A DNA stretch of 64,000 bases from contig OZ360227.1 of NCBI GenBank assembly GCA_977017645.1, positions 130,696,001-130,760,000 on the forward strand, read 5' to 3'. Of this stretch, positions 60,629 through 64,000 are shown in pieces. The first letter of the stretch is position 1. The number at the start of each line of letters is the position of its first letter. Both the position numbers and the translations under genes were made by a program. This DNA is from Torpedo marmorata. Lineage: Eukaryota. The notes below the pieces were generated by a model. That model saw only the letters and a list, made by a program, of their open reading frames with translations. It made no database searches and was not told the DNA's origin.

Positions 60629-61600
60629 GGATGAAATTACGTAATACCTGGAGGTGCATGAAAAGATAGACCCAAGTCAGTATGCTTTCCTTAAAGGAAA
60701 ATCATGCCTGACAAACCTATTGCAATTTTTTGAAGAGATCACAAGTAGGATAGACAGGGGAGATGCAGTGGGTGTTGTGTATTTGGACTTTCAAAAGACA
60801 ACGTGTCACACATAAGGCTGCTAAACAAGATGAGAGCCCATGGAATTATAGGAAGGTTACTAGCATGGTTAGAGCATTGGCTGGTTGGCAGGAAACAGAG
60901 AGTTGGCTACCAACTACCAGTGGTGTTCCGCAGGGGTCGGTGTTGGCGCCGCTTCTTTTTACGTTGTATATAAATGATTTGGATTATGGAATAGATGTCT
61001 TTGTGTCTAAATTTGCAGATGACACTAAAAATAGGTGGTAGGGGAGGTGGTGCTGAGGATACTGAAAGGCTGCAGAGAGACTTGGATAGATTAGGAGTTA
61101 GAGGTGGCAGATAAAATACAATGTTGGAAAGTTTACTGCACTTTGTTAGAAGAAATAAATGGGCAGACTACTATTTAGATGGGGAGAAAATTCAAAATTC
61201 GGAGGTGCAAAGGGACTTGGGAGTCCTCGTGCAGGATATCCTAAAGGTTGACCTCCAGGTTGAGTCGGTGGTGAAGAAGGCGAATGCAATGTTGCCATTC
61301 ATTTCTAGAGGAACAGCATAAAAAAGCTATGGATTTCCTCACCTCCAGACCACAATCTGTGAGGATTGGTAAGAACATCTCCTCCACAATCTCCATCATT
61401 ACCAGAGCACCACAGGGCTGCGTTCTTAGCCCCCTACTCTACTCACTTTACACCTACGACTGTGTGGCTTGGTACGACAATAACACCATCTACAAATATG
61501 CCGACGATACCATGGTAGTGGGTTGTATAAAGAAAGGTGATGAGTCAGCATACAGGAGGGAGATTGAAAACTTGGCTGAATGGTGCACCAACAACAACCT
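60627..61600 (+). repeat. Right copy of the ~970-bp direct duplication
   Basis: Starts at the L1 poly(A) end and runs seamlessly into the rest of the Rex element. Confidence 0.95.
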
Positions 61601-62408
61601 TGCACTTAATGTCACCAAAACTAAGGAGCTGATTGTTGACTTCAGGAAGGGAAAGCCAGAGGTGTACAATCCAGTGATCATTGGGGGATCAGAGGTGGAG
61701 AGGGTGAGCAAATTTAAGTTATTGGGAGTCACTATCTCAGAGGATCTTTCCTGGACCCAACACACTAATGTCATCGTGAAGAAAGCTCGTCAGCGCCTGT
61801 ACTTCCTCAAGAGTTTGCGGAGATTTGGTATGACACCAGAAACCCTTGCAAATTTCTACAGATGTGTGGTGGAAAGTGTGCTGACCGGCTGCATCACGGT
61901 CACCAATACCCCTGAGCGTAAAGCCCTCCAAAAGGTAGTGGACACAGCCCAGGATATCACAGGCAAAACCCTCCCCACTATCGAGAATGTCTGCAGGGAA
62001 TGCTGCCGTCGGAGAGCAGCAGCAATCATCAAGGATTCACACCACCCAGCATACGCTCTGTTCTCGCTGCTGCCATCAGGAAAGAGGTATAGGTGTCACA
62101 AGACTCTCACCACCAGGTTCAGGAACAGCTGCTACCCCTCCACCATCAGACTCCTCAACGACAAACTCAATCAGGGACTCATTTAAGGACTCTTGTGCAC
62201 TTTATTGATTTTTAAAAATTCTCTCTGTATTGCACAGTCAGTTTGTTTATATTCGTTATCTGTTTACAGTTCTTTATTTGTTTACATGTATACGGCTGTG
62301 TATAGTTTTTTTGCACTACCAGTAAGTGGTAATTCTGCCTCGCCTGCAGAAAAAAGTCTCAGGGTTGTATGTGATGTCATGTATGTACTCTGACAATAAA
62401 TCTGAAAT
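61328..62408 (+). mobile_element. Rex1/Babar LINE 3' part nested in CR1 (first ~270 bp duplicated at 57103-57375)
   Basis: [48 protein letters not shown], Rex tail. Confidence 0.92.
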
Positions 62409-63159
62409 CCGATAAGAGCAGGGATGTAATGTTGAGACTCTATAAAGCACTGGTGAGACCTCGCTTGGAGTACTGTGTACAGTACAGTTTTGGGCGCCAT
62501 ATTTGAGAAAATACATTGTGGCGTTGGAGAGGGTTCAGAGAATATTTACTAGAATGATACCAGGAATGAAAGGGTTGGTATATGAGGAATGATTGTCGGC
62601 TCTTGGACTCTTTGGAGTACAGAAGGATGAGGGGGGACCTCATAGAGGCATTTCGAATGGACAGAGTAGATGTGGCAATGATGTTTCCCATGATAGGAGA
62701 TTCTAGGACAAGAGGGCACAATTTCAGGATAAAAGGGCTTCAATTTAAAACAGAGATGTGGAAAAATTTCTTTAGTCAGGGTCGTAAGTCTGTGGAACGT
62801 TGCCACAGGCGGCTGTGGAAGTGAGGTTGTTGGGTGTATCTAAGGCAGAGATTGACAGGTATTTGATTAGTCAGGGCATCAAGGGTTATGGGCAGAAAGC
62901 CGGGGTGGGGCTAAGGGGGTGGATGGATCAGCTCATGATTAGAATGGCGGAGCAAACTCGACGGGCCAATGCGCCTACTTCTGCTCTATATATTGTGATC
63001 TTGTGAAACCTGGTCGCTGAAGCTATGAGGCAGCAGTTCCACTTGCTGCACCACTGTGTACCCCAGAGTTCATTAAATTTTATTTTAATCAGTTTCATGA
63101 CTAACATACAGATGCTAGTTTTTTTCAGTTCTATAATTTAATTAACAACTTAAACTTCA

Positions 63160-64000
63160 TGCTATTCCAATGCTATCTACAAATTTGCGGATGACACTAC
63201 AGTTGTCGGCAGAATCACAAATGGCAATGAGGATGCGTACAGGAGGGAGATAGATCAGCTCGTTGAGTGGTGTAACGCCAACAACCTTGCACTCAACGTT
63301 AGCAAAACCAAGGAGATGATTGTGGACTTCAGGAGGAAGTCAGGGGAACACGACCCAGTACTCATCGAGGGCTCAGTAGTGGAGAGGGTCAAGAACTTCA
63401 AATTCCTGGATGTCAACATCTCCGAGGATCTGTCCTGGAGCATCCATGTTGATGCAATCACGAAGAAGGCTCGTCAGCGGCTGTACTTTGTGAGGTGTTT
63501 GAGGAGATTCGGTATGTCACTGAAGAGTGGCTGCAAATTAATTGAGTAATTGGATCATTTTCATTAGACATTTGAATAGTATTTACATTAGTGCTTTGGA
63601 TTTCAGGATCCTCCATTGAAATAACTTTTAAATCTTCTGGATTTAGAGGCCATTCTTCTTGAGATCGCGAAAGAAATTGAGGACCGAACACCCAAGTGTT
63701 GGATTTTTTCAGAAAAGATTGAACTTTTAATCCTCGTGAAGTCATATCAGCTGTATTATCCACTGATTTAACATATCTCCATTGATTAGCATGAGAAACC
63801 TTTCCAATTTCATTAATTCTGTTAACCACAAAGGTACGAAACCTTGTGGTTTTGTTATTAAAGTCTGGTATGGAGGCGCCAACTCTCAGGACAAGAAAGA
63901 AACTCCAGAGGGTTGTTAACTCGGCCTGCGACATCACAGGCACTAGACCACGCTATCGAGGACATCTACAAAAGGCGGTGTCTTAAAAAAAGCAGCGTCT
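63160..64000 (+). mobile_element. Rex1/Babar fragment containing an antisense BEL pol fragment
   Basis: Same family as 48136-49915; runs off the window end. Confidence 0.9.
63527..63862 (-). pseudogene. Isolated BEL/Pao pol (RNase H/connection region) fragment
   Basis: NKTTRFRTFVVNRINEI..QWRYVKSVDNTADMTSRGL..WVFGPQFL..WP..DPEI. Confidence 0.85.

Larger units (their letters stand above)
55200..63005 (+). mobile_element. Degenerate CR1 LINE (55200-57100, duplicated part 60629-61325, 3' end 62410-63005) split by Rex and L1
   Basis: [56 protein letters not shown]. Confidence 0.9.

Noticed and set aside
57059-62186. Chimeric ORFs 57059-57415, 57355-58260 and 61284-62186
   Set aside because: They cross CR1/Rex/L1 insertion junctions by chance.
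63458-63943. 161-aa minus ORF as a gene
   Set aside because: Composite of antisense Rex sequence and a captured BEL pol fragment.

Overview
This is eukaryotic, transposon-dominated vertebrate DNA. It is probably from a cartilaginous fish (inferred from HE1-like V-SINEs and the mix of CR1, Rex1/Babar, L1/Tx1 and Penelope elements). The only host gene I can support is a CCDC89-like coiled-coil gene on +, with coding exons at 46857-46925 and 53234-53706, a CpG-rich promoter carrying an X-box-like site, and its remaining exons not found in the window. Everything else I can identify is nested mobile DNA. Nest 1: a Rex LINE fragment holds a hAT-like MITE, which holds a young BEL/Pao element with a SAP-Gag-PR ORF and no RT/RH/IN. 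Nest 2: a Tc1 holds a tRNA-Trp-primed Gypsy, which holds an L1, a CR1 and a second Gypsy with an intact ORF. There are also an L1 inside an L1, a 5S-derived SINE, and an L1 flanked by a ~970-bp direct duplication. The most striking signal is that two unrelated young LTR elements (BEL 6348-11743; Gypsy 34363-39210) have no tRNA primer-binding site. Each instead has an exact 11-nt reverse complement of its own LTR next to the 5' LTR, as in self-priming Tf1. All alignments were done by eye, and boundaries of old fragments are approximate.
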